Below, one piece after another: positions 51,711-64,000 of a stretch of 64,000 nucleotides of DNA; position 1 is the stretch's first letter, and each line of letters opens with the position of its first letter. Origin of the DNA: Chlorokybus atmophyticus. Lineage: Eukaryota; Plantae; Mesostigma and Chlorokybus algae. The position numbers were made by a program, and so were the translations under genes. A model generated the notes under the pieces. It worked only from the letters and a program-made list of their open reading frames with translations. It searched no databases and was not told where the DNA came from. Location of the stretch: assembly GCA_009103225.1 (NCBI GenBank), contig RHPI01002069.1, positions 1,069,854 through 1,133,853 on the forward strand. The letters run 5' to 3'.

Positions 51711-54442
51711 ATGGGGCGCCACGCGTTGCTGGCGCTGTTGCTCATCCTGCTTCTGGTGCCGCAAGTGGTTGTGTTTGGTAAGTACTGCATGGCGCTGTGT
51801 ACTGTCTCCCGGTTGTGGTTGCCTACGCTGTTGTTGTGTTGTGAGTGATGTTGTCTGCTGCAAGCGACTTGGTGTGCATGCAAATTGCAAGTACATGTGT
51901 GATGCCACGCCAAGTTTGCAAATTTGCATGACGGACATAACACGCGTGCATGCATGCACGCGTGTCATGATCCATCGGTCACATGCTTTGTCAAAATCTG
52001 TGTGCTCAATCTTACGAAACCCTATCCACAGTTTGTAGCGCAAAGCTGTGGAGCGGTGCTGCCCATTGACTGAATAACGCTTGTTGTTCAGGTTCCTTGT
52101 TTGGCAAGTCGAAGACACCAGCGGAGGAGGCGGCTGAGCATGCCTCCGCTGCAGCTGAACACGCGGTGGAGGCCGCCAAAGCAGCGGCGGCTGAGTTGAC
52201 AAACCGTGGCCAGGTAAAAATCGTTGCACTCTCGCGCGTGACGTTTGCAAGCAAGTAGCTTGTGACTGCCTTGCACTTGCATGTCGGGTGGTACACAACA
52301 GGTCTTTGCCGTCACAGGACGCAGCGGCTACAGCTTCAAGCTGGTTGGGCAACAAGAAGGATGAGGCGGTGGACGCGGCCAAGGAGACGAGCGACCAGGC
52401 TAGCGGTTGGTTTGGGAGCAAGAAGGAGGACGCTAAGGAGACAGCCGACCAGGCCAGCGCCTGGTTTGGTGGCAAGAAAGAGGAGGCCAAGGACACTGCC
52501 GACCAGGCCAGTGGCTGGTTTGGCAGCAAGAAGGACGAGGCGAAAGATGCTGCAGGCGAGGCTGCTGAGTCTACCAGCAGCTGGTTCGGTCTGAAGAAGG
52601 ACCAAGCCAAGGATGCGGCGGGCCAAACCGCTGACCAAGCAAAGGATGTAGCAGGCCAAGCTTCAGGCTGGTTTGGTCAGAAAAAAGAAGAGGCCAAGGA
52701 TGCCGTTGGCCAAAGCGCTGAGCAAGCAAAGGACGCTGCCGACCAGGCCACAGGTTGGTTCGGTCAGAAGAAGGAGGAGGCCAAGGATGCCGCTGGCCAA
52801 ACCGCCGACCAAGCAAAGCACGCTGCTGACCAAGCTTCAGGCTGGTTTGGTCAGAAAAAGGAGGAAGCTAAAGACACAGCTGGCCAGGCATCCAGCTGGT
52901 TGGGCAGCAAGACGGATGAGGCTGCAGATGCCGCTAGCCAGGCTGCGAACAAGGCCAAGGGTCAGGCCGAACAAACAGGCAGTTGGCTTGGAAGCAAGGG
53001 CGAGGAGCTGAAGGATGATGCCAAGTGGGCAGCTGACCGCGCCGCTGGTGTCGCTGCGAGTACTAAGGACGCTGCATGGGAGACAGCTCAAGCAGCCAAG
53101 GTCAATTAGCTGAACAATGTTGCAAGTGGTTGCAATGCATGCTTCGTTCAGTAGTACCTGACGCCCTTGCTTTCAGGATCGTACTTATGAAGCTGCAGCC
53201 AAAGCTGGTGAGACAGCGCAAGCAGCCAAGGTCAGTCAGCTGTATAACGGTAGAAGTGATTGCAATGCAGACTTGTTTCAGTAGAATCTGACGCCTTTTC
53301 GTGCAGGATCGTACATATGATGCTGCAGCCAAGGCTGGTGATAAGGCCGCTGAGTCAAAGGAGGCTGCAGAGCAGGCAATCAAGGAGGTTGGTTGTGTTC
53401 TGTGTGATGCTGGCATTAGTCTGCTGATAAAGCGTTGCATGTGCAGCTTCCATGCATGCGCTGACAAACATCTGTTAGGTGATGCAGCAAGCAAGCTCAA
53501 TTATTGATCAAGTGCGCTCATGGGCGGATGCTGCTGCTGAGAAGCTCTCCAGCGTCTTCACTGGTGCCAAGGACACCACCGTAGATGCTGCATATGCTGC
53601 CAAGGATGCTGCTGGGGATGCTGCTGTTGGCGCCAAAGACGCTGCCTACGGCACGGCACAAAAGGCGAAGGATGTCACCTACGGCACTGCAAACGCTGCC
53701 AAGGACACCGCTGCTAACGCTGCCGCTGGCGCCAAAGACGCTGCATATGGTACAGCACAGAAGGTGCAAGATGTTGCCTACGGCACTGTGAACGCTGCCA
53801 AGGACACCGCTGCTGGGGCTGCTGATGTTGCCTACGGCACAGCACAGAAGGCAAAGGACGCTACTTATGGCGCCGCGAACGCTGTCAAGGACACTGCTGC
53901 TGGCGCCGCTGTTGGCGCCAAAGACGCTGCTTATGGCACAGCACAGAAGGTGAAGGATGTCACCTACGGCACCGCGGAGATGACCAAGGATACCATTGTT
54001 GGTGCCAAGGATGCTGCCGTTAATGCCGCCTACAATGCCGCCGAGCTCGTGAAGGACACAGTTGAGGGTGCCAAGGATGCTGCCGCACGAGCTGCTCACA
54101 GCGCTGCTGAGACAGCTCAAGCAGCCAAAGACGCCACTTTGAATGCTGCCGGCATGGCCAAGGACGCCACCTACGATGCTGCTGGTAAGGCGAAGGATAC
54201 CACCTACGATGCTGCTGGCAAGGCCAAGGACGCCACCTATGACGCTGCCGGACGCGCTACCGACGCCGCAGGCAGGGTTAAGGACGCTACATATGACACT
54301 GCTGGTAGGGCAAAGGATGCTGCAGGTGACGCGGCGGAGTGGGCTAAGCAGAAGGTTGGTGCTGCTGGTGAGCAGGCGTCAGAGTTTGCAGGCCAGGCAC
54401 AGGTGAGCGGGCATCTGCGCACCATGCCATAATCATGTTGTA

Positions 54443-54505
<63 letters not shown>

Positions 54506-54506
54506 N

Positions 54507-54565
<59 letters not shown>

Positions 54566-55028
54566 GTATATATGCGACAATAGCAGTTTGCGCACTTTTC
54601 ACATGCATATCTTTTGCCACTTGATACAAAGCCAGAGGTTGCTGCAGGACAAAGCCAAGTTCCGCACACAGGACGCATATGATGCTGCTTCTGAAGTAGC
54701 AGACGCTGCTGCCAAGAAAGCTGGAGAGCTGCGCCGACAAGCACATGATGCTGCACGCAAAGTCCATTCATCTCTAGACGAGAAAGCTGGAATAGCCAGG
54801 GATGCCGCCGCTGACGCTAGAGGTGCGTTGCAGTGACTGCGCTCTTGCTGTGTAGCTCGGCACAGTGGCAAAAAGTGTAGTGCACATTCGCTGACTTACG
54901 CTGATTGATCTACTGCAGAGTATGCCTATGACCAAGTGCACCCACACCCACAAACCGCCAGTGAGAAGATTAGGCAGGCGGCTGAGGATACGCGCGATAA
55001 GGCGAAGAAGGCTTGGGAAGAGTTGTAA
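51711..55028 (+). CDS. LEA (group 3-like) repeat protein with signal peptide, multi-exon
   Basis: MGRHALLALLLILLLVPQVVVFG leader; ADQASGWFGxKKEEAKD repeats; 11-mer AKDAAYGTAQK/AKDATYDAAGK repeats; last exon ends KAKKAWEEL-TAA at 55028. Confidence 0.85.
54446..54563. repeat. (CT)n microsatellite in an LEA intron, with an N at 54506
   Basis: Direct reading of the sequence. Confidence 0.98.
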
Positions 55029-55796
55029 GGTTGAATGGGCTGTGCGGAGTGTAGATAGGTTTCTGTACAGGTCTGTAGCTAGAGGTTCGTGTGGCATGTA
55101 GATGTACGTTACGCAAGAGGTTTGCTTTCGCTGTTTGGGACATTTGCTCGAACTGTGGCTGAGAGTCTGCAGCTGTCGCTAACAAGGAAATCTGATTTTT
55201 ACCAGTATGGGGTTTTGACGGACTACATGGTGTTGTCAGCCAGCTACGTGCCTTCTGGCACCTATCTTTTGTGCACATGCGGTATTAGGCAGTTTTTCGA
55301 TGTGGCATCATGATATGCTGAGGCGTATGGTTTTTGTTAAGTTGTTGCACTGACATATGCTGCACTAACATACGCAAATGTGCAGCGGAGCAACGCTACA
55401 TGTTTCTGAATATTGGGTATGCTGTTATCATCCTTGCACATGTGTAGAAAATATGCAATGCTGTGCATTTTCCTTCCTGTTCTATTAAACTCAGTAGGCA
55501 AGTTCATGCGTCAATGCTGGGCGTGCCAATGTTTTCTGTACGCCTTGAGCATAGCCTTTTCTGCAGAACCTTACTTGGAGTGTATACCTGTGCATTCGCA
55601 GCAAGCGATGTACTGTGTAAACTCCGTGTGATGATCAGTTGTGGTGGGAAGAAAAACTCATGGTAGAGATCCATTTGCACCCTGAACTTCAACCACCCTT
55701 GCAGTAGTTGGGCAGTGGCAATCTCACACTGAACTGTCCAATAGGTGATGTTTACTATATGTCACCTGTGTAATTAGAAGATCATAATATGATATG

Positions 55797-56140
55797 TGTG
55801 CAGCACGCTGTACAGATTGCAACACTGTGCAAGCCAATTTGGAATAGCCGCAGTGCAAGATTAATAGATGTACAATCAGGTATGTGCTGACAACGCTAGC
55901 TCCAGCAAGCAGATTATAAGCGAGCATAGGATGTAACACAGCTACAAAGATGTCAACACGTTATGATGTGTTATCTGCGCAGCACATTGTACAAATTGCA
56001 ACACTGTTAGTGCCGATTTGGGCTAGCCGCAGTGCAAGATTAATGGATGTACAATCAGGTATATGCTGACAATGCTAGCTCCAGCAAGCAGACTGCAAGC
56101 GAGCATAGGGTATAACACAGGGGCTACAAAGATGCAAACA
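55797..56140. repeat. Two-copy ~180-bp tandem duplication
   Basis: Both copies share TAGCCGCAGTGCAAGATTAAT.GATGTACAATCAGGTAT.TGCTGACAA.GCTAGCTCCAGCAAGCAGA. Confidence 0.85.
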
Positions 56141-56330
56141 AGCAAGCACTCAAGCACATAACCAATATCAACCACGGCAATAAAACACAGCTAGATAGCT
56201 TGCTGGCTATGGGGCTGGACCTCTGTGCGTGCAAGGCAGCGAGGCAGGCAGCGTGTAGTAATGGAAGTCTCACAGCAGCGCTCGTTTGTCTCTCATGATT
56301 CCTGGCTATACAAAATATGAATGTTCGAGC

Positions 56331-56898
56331 TCAATATGGAACCACTTGATGTAGTACCTCCATACCAATGGCGCCAAGAATAGGAGCGATGTACACAAAT
56401 AATGCTACCATGCCAGCAGGTAACAACACAGATCGCCATACAGACTTGGTAACAAAAGCAGTAGCTTTGCCAGCCTGCTGCAAGTGGTCTTTGTGCGCTG
56501 CAAGAAGTAGCCAGTCATTAGCCCGTGCATCCAATGCAATACTGGCAGGAACTACTTCGCGACATACTTGTCACTGCGGCATTGAAGGAACAGCATGGCT
56601 TGTTGATGGCAGTGTTACCTGTATTGACGGCAGCATTTTCAGCTGCATGGCGCAACTCGCACAAGATGGTGTCAACTGCGCTCGTAGAAGTGTCATTGCG
56701 CTTTCTAGCATTGCTCGACTCATCTGAATGCGATGGTAACTGCTGCTCAACCGCGTCCTGCTCGTGCCGCCTGTCAACCTCAGCACTGCGCTGCTCTTCC
56801 TGGTACTTTTCTAGCTGCTCATAGTACACATCCCAAACGCAGGGTGTGCAACCGCCAGCGCAACAGTCCCCCAGCCCTGGCTTCTGTGGCTCCTCCAT
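56331..56898 (-). CDS. Oxidoreductase-like N-terminal domain protein (OXLD1-like) with predicted C-terminal TM; may have upstream exons up to ~58218
   Basis: EEPQKPGLGDCCAGGCTPCVWDVYYEQLEKY is the OXLD CC-G-C--CVW motif. A gtatgt...ttgcag intron joins in frame to VLLPAGMVALFVYIAPILGAIG. Confidence 0.75.
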
Positions 56899-57220
56899 TG
56901 CGCGCACACAACTTCGCAGAGCTTGCTGCTTGCTGAACACACAAGCAACGTAAGCACACAACCACACATGCTGTTGCGTTGTGGTCTTTTGGATGACATA
57001 ATCACAACCAAACTTCAGCGCTGTGTATGTGAACAAGTGTCCGAAGTATTAGTCTGTGGACTGGCCAACAAGCTGAGGGCTCGATACTTGTTGGCCAGTC
57101 CCATGGTTGACCAGCAAACACAACGCAACATTGCCTACTCATCGAACAGACAGTTGCAGCTATGCAGGTGTTTATTGTCGTTGTCAATCGTGCATAGGCA
57201 GCCAAGCCCTCTGCCGCCCC

Positions 57221-57782
57221 GACCCTCACTCAAGGTCATTTACTTAATGTGTGCAACGTATGAACAATGAACTACGCAATTGACATGTTGTGTGTTACTC
57301 ACGGATAGATGAAAAGCGGAGCAATGATTCTCGAAAAAAAGAACATATAACCGAAAGCAATGCATACATGAGACACGAATACCGTCGTGCCACGAAGTCT
57401 TCGTGAAATTACAACTGCGCGCGGGAACATTACAAATTGATTACTATCGGGCGCAAACTTATGACATCCAGTACATACCACAGATGGGCCGTGTGTGGTA
57501 TGTACTGGATTGCATAGGTTGGCGGAGTCCTTACACGAAAAAGAAACTAAACATCTGGAGGCCTCTTGTACGAAGAGTTTCGCGGCACTACGGTATACCG
57601 GTACAGCTTATGCTTATGGTCAGCCAGATCTCTGTATCAGTTCCTGTTCCCGGAAGCTGCTCATCCTGTAAACGGAGTCCAGGTTTAGGACCGTGACCTT
57701 CCACGTCAGATTTAGAAGGAAGGGTGAGGCTGCCACCTCAGCGGGTCCACACCCGCATGCCACAGATCTTGTGCAGGGCGAT
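57221..57782. repeat. 562-bp sequence, copy 2, ending at a single N (57783)
   Basis: Matches 50804-51365. Confidence 0.88.
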
Positions 57783-59810
57783 NGCCATATAATCTGACCC
57801 ACGACAACAAAGCTGTCAACGGATCGAGTGCGAGTGTAAAACTGAAGCTGATAAGTTGAGGCAACGCACCTCGGGCGCTTGCGCACGACACTCTGTTTGG
57901 CAGCTTTGCGTGAACATTGCCACACGCACATTGTGCAAAACCTCATCGCACAAGCTCACACCTGCTGCCAAGACGTCGTAGCTTCCACGGTCTGGAGCAG
58001 CAGAGGCCTCCCAACTCAACAGCCGGTAGCACAGGAGCGGAAGTGCACGTCCACCACCGTCCCAGCAGAGCAAGTCGCTGCAACGTGCCGCACGCCTGCG
58101 CCACCCGCTCGCCCGCTCTTTCTCTCCGCTGCCTGCCAATGCCGCCACGTCGACAGCTGCTGCTGCTGCGGGCAGGGGCCAGAGCCCGTGCGATGTCGCC
58201 GGCGCTGACGATGGGCATGCCACGTGGGGATGAAATTCGAAACGGAGCTGTGCCGACGTGGAGGATGAGCTCGATAAGCGGAAGTCTATTCGGAAGTGTT
58301 CAAAATTCAGTGCTGCAATCGTGCCGGTAGCATACAAATGAAAACGAACATTCCACTGCCATGTGACTTGTCACAATGCCAGCGACCTGCTGACAATGGT
58401 TCATGCACCAGTAGCACATAGTGGAGTGTTGTGTCAGCTGGTTATGCCCTACGTGATGATATGCCTCAGCAAATTGTCCACCAGTCGTAGGATACGATGC
58501 ACATTCCTGTGTGCTGTACGCACATAGGAATGCAAGCTGAACTGATCATAGCAATGTGATAGTCGCATTGCACACATTGAGCTCAGCTTGCTACACTTTA
58601 CGCTAATTATGGCCTTGGTTTGCAACGCATTTAAAAAAGACAATACATCATTATACACATCATCACAGTATATATACAAAGTCATGTCAATAAAGTGTCG
58701 CAATTTAAACTCGTTGGACCGCAATGTAATGCATGTATGCAAGTACGCACCTTTTTAATTGTGACAACCTTTACTATGTGCATAACGGAGTGCATGTGTG
58801 CATGTCTTGTCATGCATGTTTCAGCGCATGCACGCAGCCATTTTTATGGTAACATCTTTTGCTCTATGCATGACTGTGTGCATGTGTGCATGAATGCATG
58901 TGTCAAACGGTGATCAGTCTCAGTGCATGCATAATCGGTGTGGACTGCACTCGATTAGCGATTGTGGCTACATCTGTGTCATGAAGTGTTAAATGCGCCT
59001 TTTTTAACGTGAAACACGAGATTGCCGAGAAGGACAAGGCAATGGGGGAGTTGCGTAAAGAGCTCATAACATAAATTGTTGACCTTTGAAAGCTCAACGT
59101 GCAGGTTATTGCTTCGATGGGCATGCAAAAATTTTGCAAGTATGTGAAGACCTCCGGAAGGAATTTCGCAGCATGGACAACGGCTGGGATGGTGACCAGT
59201 CCGAGTATGGGGCCAAGTGGTTTGGAATCCACAACCAAGAGACATCAACCCAAGCTGCTGCAAAGTCAGAGAGCGAAGAGGCAGCTCCCTTCGTAATGTC
59301 TTACAGTGGGTCTCAATTTCAACACCTGCCTTTAATGCCTCATAAATATGCCTTGTACACTACCTGCCCTGCCATCCTCTGCGCTGTGCCGTTAGCAAAC
59401 AGTTGTGTTTGTTATGGTTGAGTTGTTGTTTAGCGCTGATCTGGCCCCCAATTTAACAGGCTTGTTACGTCCCAGATATAAACGACGGCGTGTAATATTG
59501 GCTGCAATTTGTTAGACGCTATGCTGCGGCGTGACTAAACACATTCCCTACGGGCAATGCCGTATAGCGCGCGATTTAAAGGCGGTGACATCGTTTCCGA
59601 CTACCCCTGATGTAAGACGCTGTGGAGCTAAAACTCCAAATCAAATGGTTGATATCTGTGGTTCTCTCGTAATTAAAAACGCCGCTGAAATGTGCATGTG
59701 GCTGCCACATAAGCCAAGTCTCTTTGCATTGGGCAAACAAATCACAGAGCAATCCAACCAATCATTATGCAAAGTTTATCGCACATCTGTTACGCGACAC
59801 CCCTTCATAC

Positions 59811-60993
59811 TAGGGATGTAGCTTAATGTACACTTTTGTGTACAATTAAGTGACCTCGTGGGCACGGCCACTACGCATACACCATAGAAGAAAGTTATCC
59901 TTTTCTACCAACCCATTTGACTATCCATTAAAACTAGGTTCACCTCATTGGCTTAGTCATGCATAAGATGATTTATAACTAGCAAGGATTTGACAGTTTT
60001 TACCGTACACTTAAGTGTACAATTATGCAAGTGATTGATGGGAGCTCAACTCATGCGTGCTGAGCTGGATGTCGGGGTTAGGGTGTTGAGTGAGTGTATT
60101 GGGTGTAGTAGAGCACTTGTGTATATATGCATGCCTATCAACTCATAAAGTGATGAAAGATACACTTGTTGACACATACGCATGCATCAGCACAAAACAG
60201 GCCATTTTTCATACAATGTGGTAGATTTAGTGCAACTGTTGCGCGCATGCTTCAAACATTGCAATACATCAACAACTACCTATCGCTACCACCACTACCT
60301 TCACGATCATCATCACCACTAGCACTTGCCCATGGGGCGTTGCAGGTGCACCTACATGCTCATCGTCCTCCTGTTCATCCACAGCATCCTCCTCATCAAC
60401 AACCTTATCTCTCCCCTCCCCTCCCATGCCTTCCCCCACCCACCATGTTCGCATGCAGAGCAGGCAAGCTATGCCAACTTTAAGCTACAACCACAAACGA
60501 TTGCACCATTAACATTAACACCCTGTAGTAACTTGAGTACACAGTATATGCAATTACAAACAACCACAAGTCGTGTTTGTGCGTGTTGCCATGCCTGCCC
60601 TGAGCTTGGTGGTAGAGCAGGCCAGGCCAAATTGCTGCCCAGCCTCCCAAACACCTAAACACCCGGCCAATGCACTTCACCAAGCCTCTCTCACTACCCA
60701 TAGACCTCCCTTACCTCCCCGACATGCCAACCGCCGCCACCGCCAGTCACCTGCTTGAATCTTGAAACCCGCGGCGGATTGCCGCGGTTTTTGCGCCGCA
60801 ACCCTAACTTGGCAGACCAATATTTTCCACATATGAGCTCCTAAAACTCCGAAGTAAACTTTCCCGTGTACCTCTCGAAGATACCTATTCAATAATACAT
60901 AAACATCCATCGTTGAATATGTATCTTGGGTCGGTAACGCGGGGGCAAGCACCTTTATTTCAATGTACACTTAAGTGTACAGATGCATCCCTA
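59811..60993. mobile_element. Possible non-autonomous hAT-like element
   Basis: TAGGGATG...CATCCCTA termini with subterminal GTACACTT(AA/TT)GTGTAC palindromes. The 8-bp flanks (CTTCATAC and GTGTTAAC) are not identical. Confidence 0.45.
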
Positions 60994-61430
60994 GTGTTAA
61001 CACGCCCGTCCGGTAACTATATTGTATTCAGTACTGTTTTATTGCAACTCAGGTAACACATCACAATTAAAATAGGTCCTCAAAGATACACTCTCTTTGG
61101 AGAGCGTTCATTGTGTTGTATACATGTATAGAAAACTGCTCGTTAAGGTAATCAGCATATGCGTTAGATGTGAAAATTGATGATATGCTTATAGTCATGC
61201 AGTCTGCGGCTGCGAAATGTATTATGGCATTGTCATTCGAATAACATCGTGAACTTGGCAATGAGCGCGCAAGTGAGTACCATACGTGTTTGTTAGCATG
61301 TATTATTGATGTTGCAAGGATGATAGCCATGATATGCTATATATAACATGTGTTATTTCATCATGAAATAACACATGTTAATCAGAGTGCTTCACTGTAA
61401 AGCAATATCTTTATGAATTCCGTCGCAAAT

Positions 61431-62813
61431 TTTACACGGTGACTGACAAGGGACTGAAGGACTGACGGGTGCCTGACCCTGCCTGATCCTACCTGACGTA
61501 ACGGATTGGTCCATAAAAAAACTTTTTAGGACGGCCGTTACTACTAAGCAATATACCGACGGCAAGCGGTCGGTCGACAGGTACAATCGATGGCGGCCTG
61601 CCTGTGACGGCAACACTGCACTTTAAGGTGACGGCCGATTGTCGGTCGTCCCATTTGCGCGATGGCGACCTATCTGTATAGCAAATAAGTCACGTTTTCG
61701 TCACATTTTGTGACGGCCGATCGTCGGTCATACCCTGACCATCGAAAAGTATGCGCGACAGCCTGCCTACTATGGCAAGCCAGTCACCGTTAGTCCCTAT
61801 CAGGTGACCATACCGCGTTTAACAAATGACGGCCGACCGCCGGTTGTGCACTTAACAGTTATACAAACAAGTTACCGCCCGTCCCTATATGTCGGCGAGT
61901 AATGCCGGTAAGTCGGGACGGTGGTACAATGCAATTATCATACCATATTAATGGTACAAAATTTCCCTTCTATGACATAATCGTACTAATTGAGTTGTAC
62001 GACGGTGCCATTGTACCGTTGAGCGTTTGAATGACTTAGGCAGCCCTCAACGGCTTGAAGTGTTGAACAGGTGAGCGCTGGGTGGCGGCGGCGGCGGCGG
62101 TGGCGGTGATGGCGACGGTCTACAGGAAGTAAGCTTGTATGCTGACGTTGTTATGCGCATGCAACAATAATTGCCGTTCTTGTCTCGGGGCGGCCCTGGC
62201 CAGACCAAACCAAGCCAGGCTAGGCCAAGCCAGGGCAGGCCAGGCCAAGCCTGGCCTGGTCAGGCCAAGCTAGGCCAGGTGGCGGCGGCAACGGCGGCGG
62301 TATGGTAAGCGACAGCATGCGAGTGTGAAGGTTGTGTATGTTGCTGTTGACTGCGCTTGATTAATTGCCTTGTGCTTTGCAGGAGCGGCGGTGGATAAGG
62401 AGCGACGGCGGAGGTGGAGCGCGGTGCAGGAGCGCCGGTTTCTATTAAGGTAGTAATGGTAGTAGTAGCTCACAATATGTAGTTCAGATAGTGCATACAT
62501 TGTAGTACTTTTATAACTTGCAATATATAGTGTGATTCTTTTATTTCAGTCACCGTCTTGCTTGTCACGCATTTAAATATCTAATCATGACGTGAACGGT
62601 ACTAACAGGTACCTTTAGACGTACCTATCAATAACGGGCGATAGGGAAAAGGTACCATGAGGTACCTGTTAGTCACACTGAGTTAGTGTACAGTCACCGG
62701 TACACTAACTGTACCTAACTAACAGGTATCAGTTAGTTAGGTTAAGTCCCTTTTGCCTAACGGGTATGTAACTGACAGGTACCTGTCCGTCCAAGTCAGT
62801 CCCTTTGTGTAAA
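61431..62813. mobile_element. Possible DNA transposon remnant with subterminal repeats
   Basis: Imperfect inverted ends (TTTACAC..AAGGGACTGA..GGAC.GAC.GGT.CC) and TGACGGCCGA motifs at 61629, 61711 and 61827. Confidence 0.35.
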
Positions 62814-64000
62814 CGGCCGGGGACGGCCGTTATACTCAGGCATGTGTAGGAAGATTATAGATGGACTGAGCCACGACAAATAAGTATTCTCAGGTGCACG
62901 GCCGTTGCCGATATTTAGTCGGCCGGCAGGGGAAAAATACTGCGATGTCATGAAGGCTGTTGGCTGTCTGGGTGGTGCTTGCCAGGGTTAGGACTACTCC
63001 ACTTGGATTGCGAGTGATGATGTCCAGTGCTTTAGCGAGTCCAGGAGCTTGCCTGTGACAAAAGAATGGCGCAAATGCTCGTGCCAGTATGATGTGAAAC
63101 ACATGGACCACTAACCTTGGGCTGCAATCAACACAAAAGTAATATCCAGAAGTATGAACGCGAAATGGAATGTAATTTAAGTCTTAACATAAAAATGGTC
63201 GGTAACCGTATTGTACTCGCTACTGTTTTTATGCAACTTCAGTAACATGCTGCAATAAATGTAAAGCTCTGAAAATTACACCCTTTTTATATGGCATTTT
63301 GTGATGTAAACATTTATTGAAAGTTACTCGCTGCGCCAATGGGCACATGAGAAAATCCAAGGGTGCTACCGTAGATACGTATGTGACATCATAAATGAAA
63401 AATTTCAATGCAAACTTGCTAGTGTAGACCTTCAAAATCAACTTTCAACCATACATGGCATGATTATAGATTAATACTACACAATTTGCAACTCGATGGC
63501 CCCAAAAGTCCGATTTTTACTACTTTTTAAACACGATCAATACAATGGCTTGGTACTTGTAGTAAGAATAGTACAGTAGCCATTATAGTGTTAAGCTTTG
63601 GCGCAACACTCTTAAAACAACACATACCTCTACGCCCAGGGAAAGGCACAAGGGTGGGGCATTGTGCCTCTAGGAGGCCAACATTGTTCAGAATGCTCGC
63701 GCATAGGCACTTCGTACATGTCATAGGTTTGCCACATATAAGACTCAAGATCAAGCCATGATTCCGGCATGTTTTACAAGAGTACTCGCACACAATCATT
63801 TGGCGTTCAACTTCAAAGTTATCTCATGCACGCTCGCGCAAGGCCAACTTCAGCAGCACATCAGTAGTGCCTTAAAACTAATGACGTCAACAGCAAGAAC
63901 ATGCGACATCTCTTGCAACGGTAAGTTACCCTGATGAGAGGGAATTTATGGAGTTAAATCTCACCGTCTACTTAATTCAAAAACCATCACCTCCCCCCTC

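Noticed and set aside
52336-54771. Long antisense and alternate-frame ORFs over the LEA gene, including poly-RE
   Set aside because: Shadows of repetitive coding sequence and the (CT)n tract.
59086-59421. 111-aa ORF (SMDNGWDGDQSEYGAKWFG)
   Set aside because: No recognisable family or splice context.

Overview
Eukaryotic, intron-rich genomic DNA from a flagellate-capable green alga. The evidence is a plastid ClpR subunit, PACRG, centrin, an RWP-RK factor and plant-type gamma-CAL and RIX1 genes; the exact lineage cannot be determined. Compact gene clusters alternate with repeat-rich blocks. Genes in order: ClpR4-like (+), PACRG (-), centrin (+), an equilibrative nucleoside transporter (+), a coiled-coil protein (-), a plant-type Cys-motif unknown protein (+), an RWP-RK gene (+), a SEC14/CRAL-TRIO gene (-), RIX1/PELP1 (-), gamma-CAL (+), a secretory/ER LEA-like repeat protein (+) and an OXLD1-like protein (-). 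Mobile DNA: a recent Penelope-like retroelement with N-terminal GIY-YIG, CxC linker, RT and ~530-bp pseudo-LTRs (Chlamys type); two decayed CRE-like RLE LINE tails; a TA-flanked MITE; and other TIR remnants. The most notable observation is an apparently chimeric gene. An inverted, intron-containing duplicate of the 5' UTR and first two coding exons of the neighbouring SEC14 gene splices in frame, by prediction, onto RWP-RK transcription-factor exons. All gene models were built by eye from splice signals and remembered family motifs, with no database searches. The window has one N gap and two single Ns.
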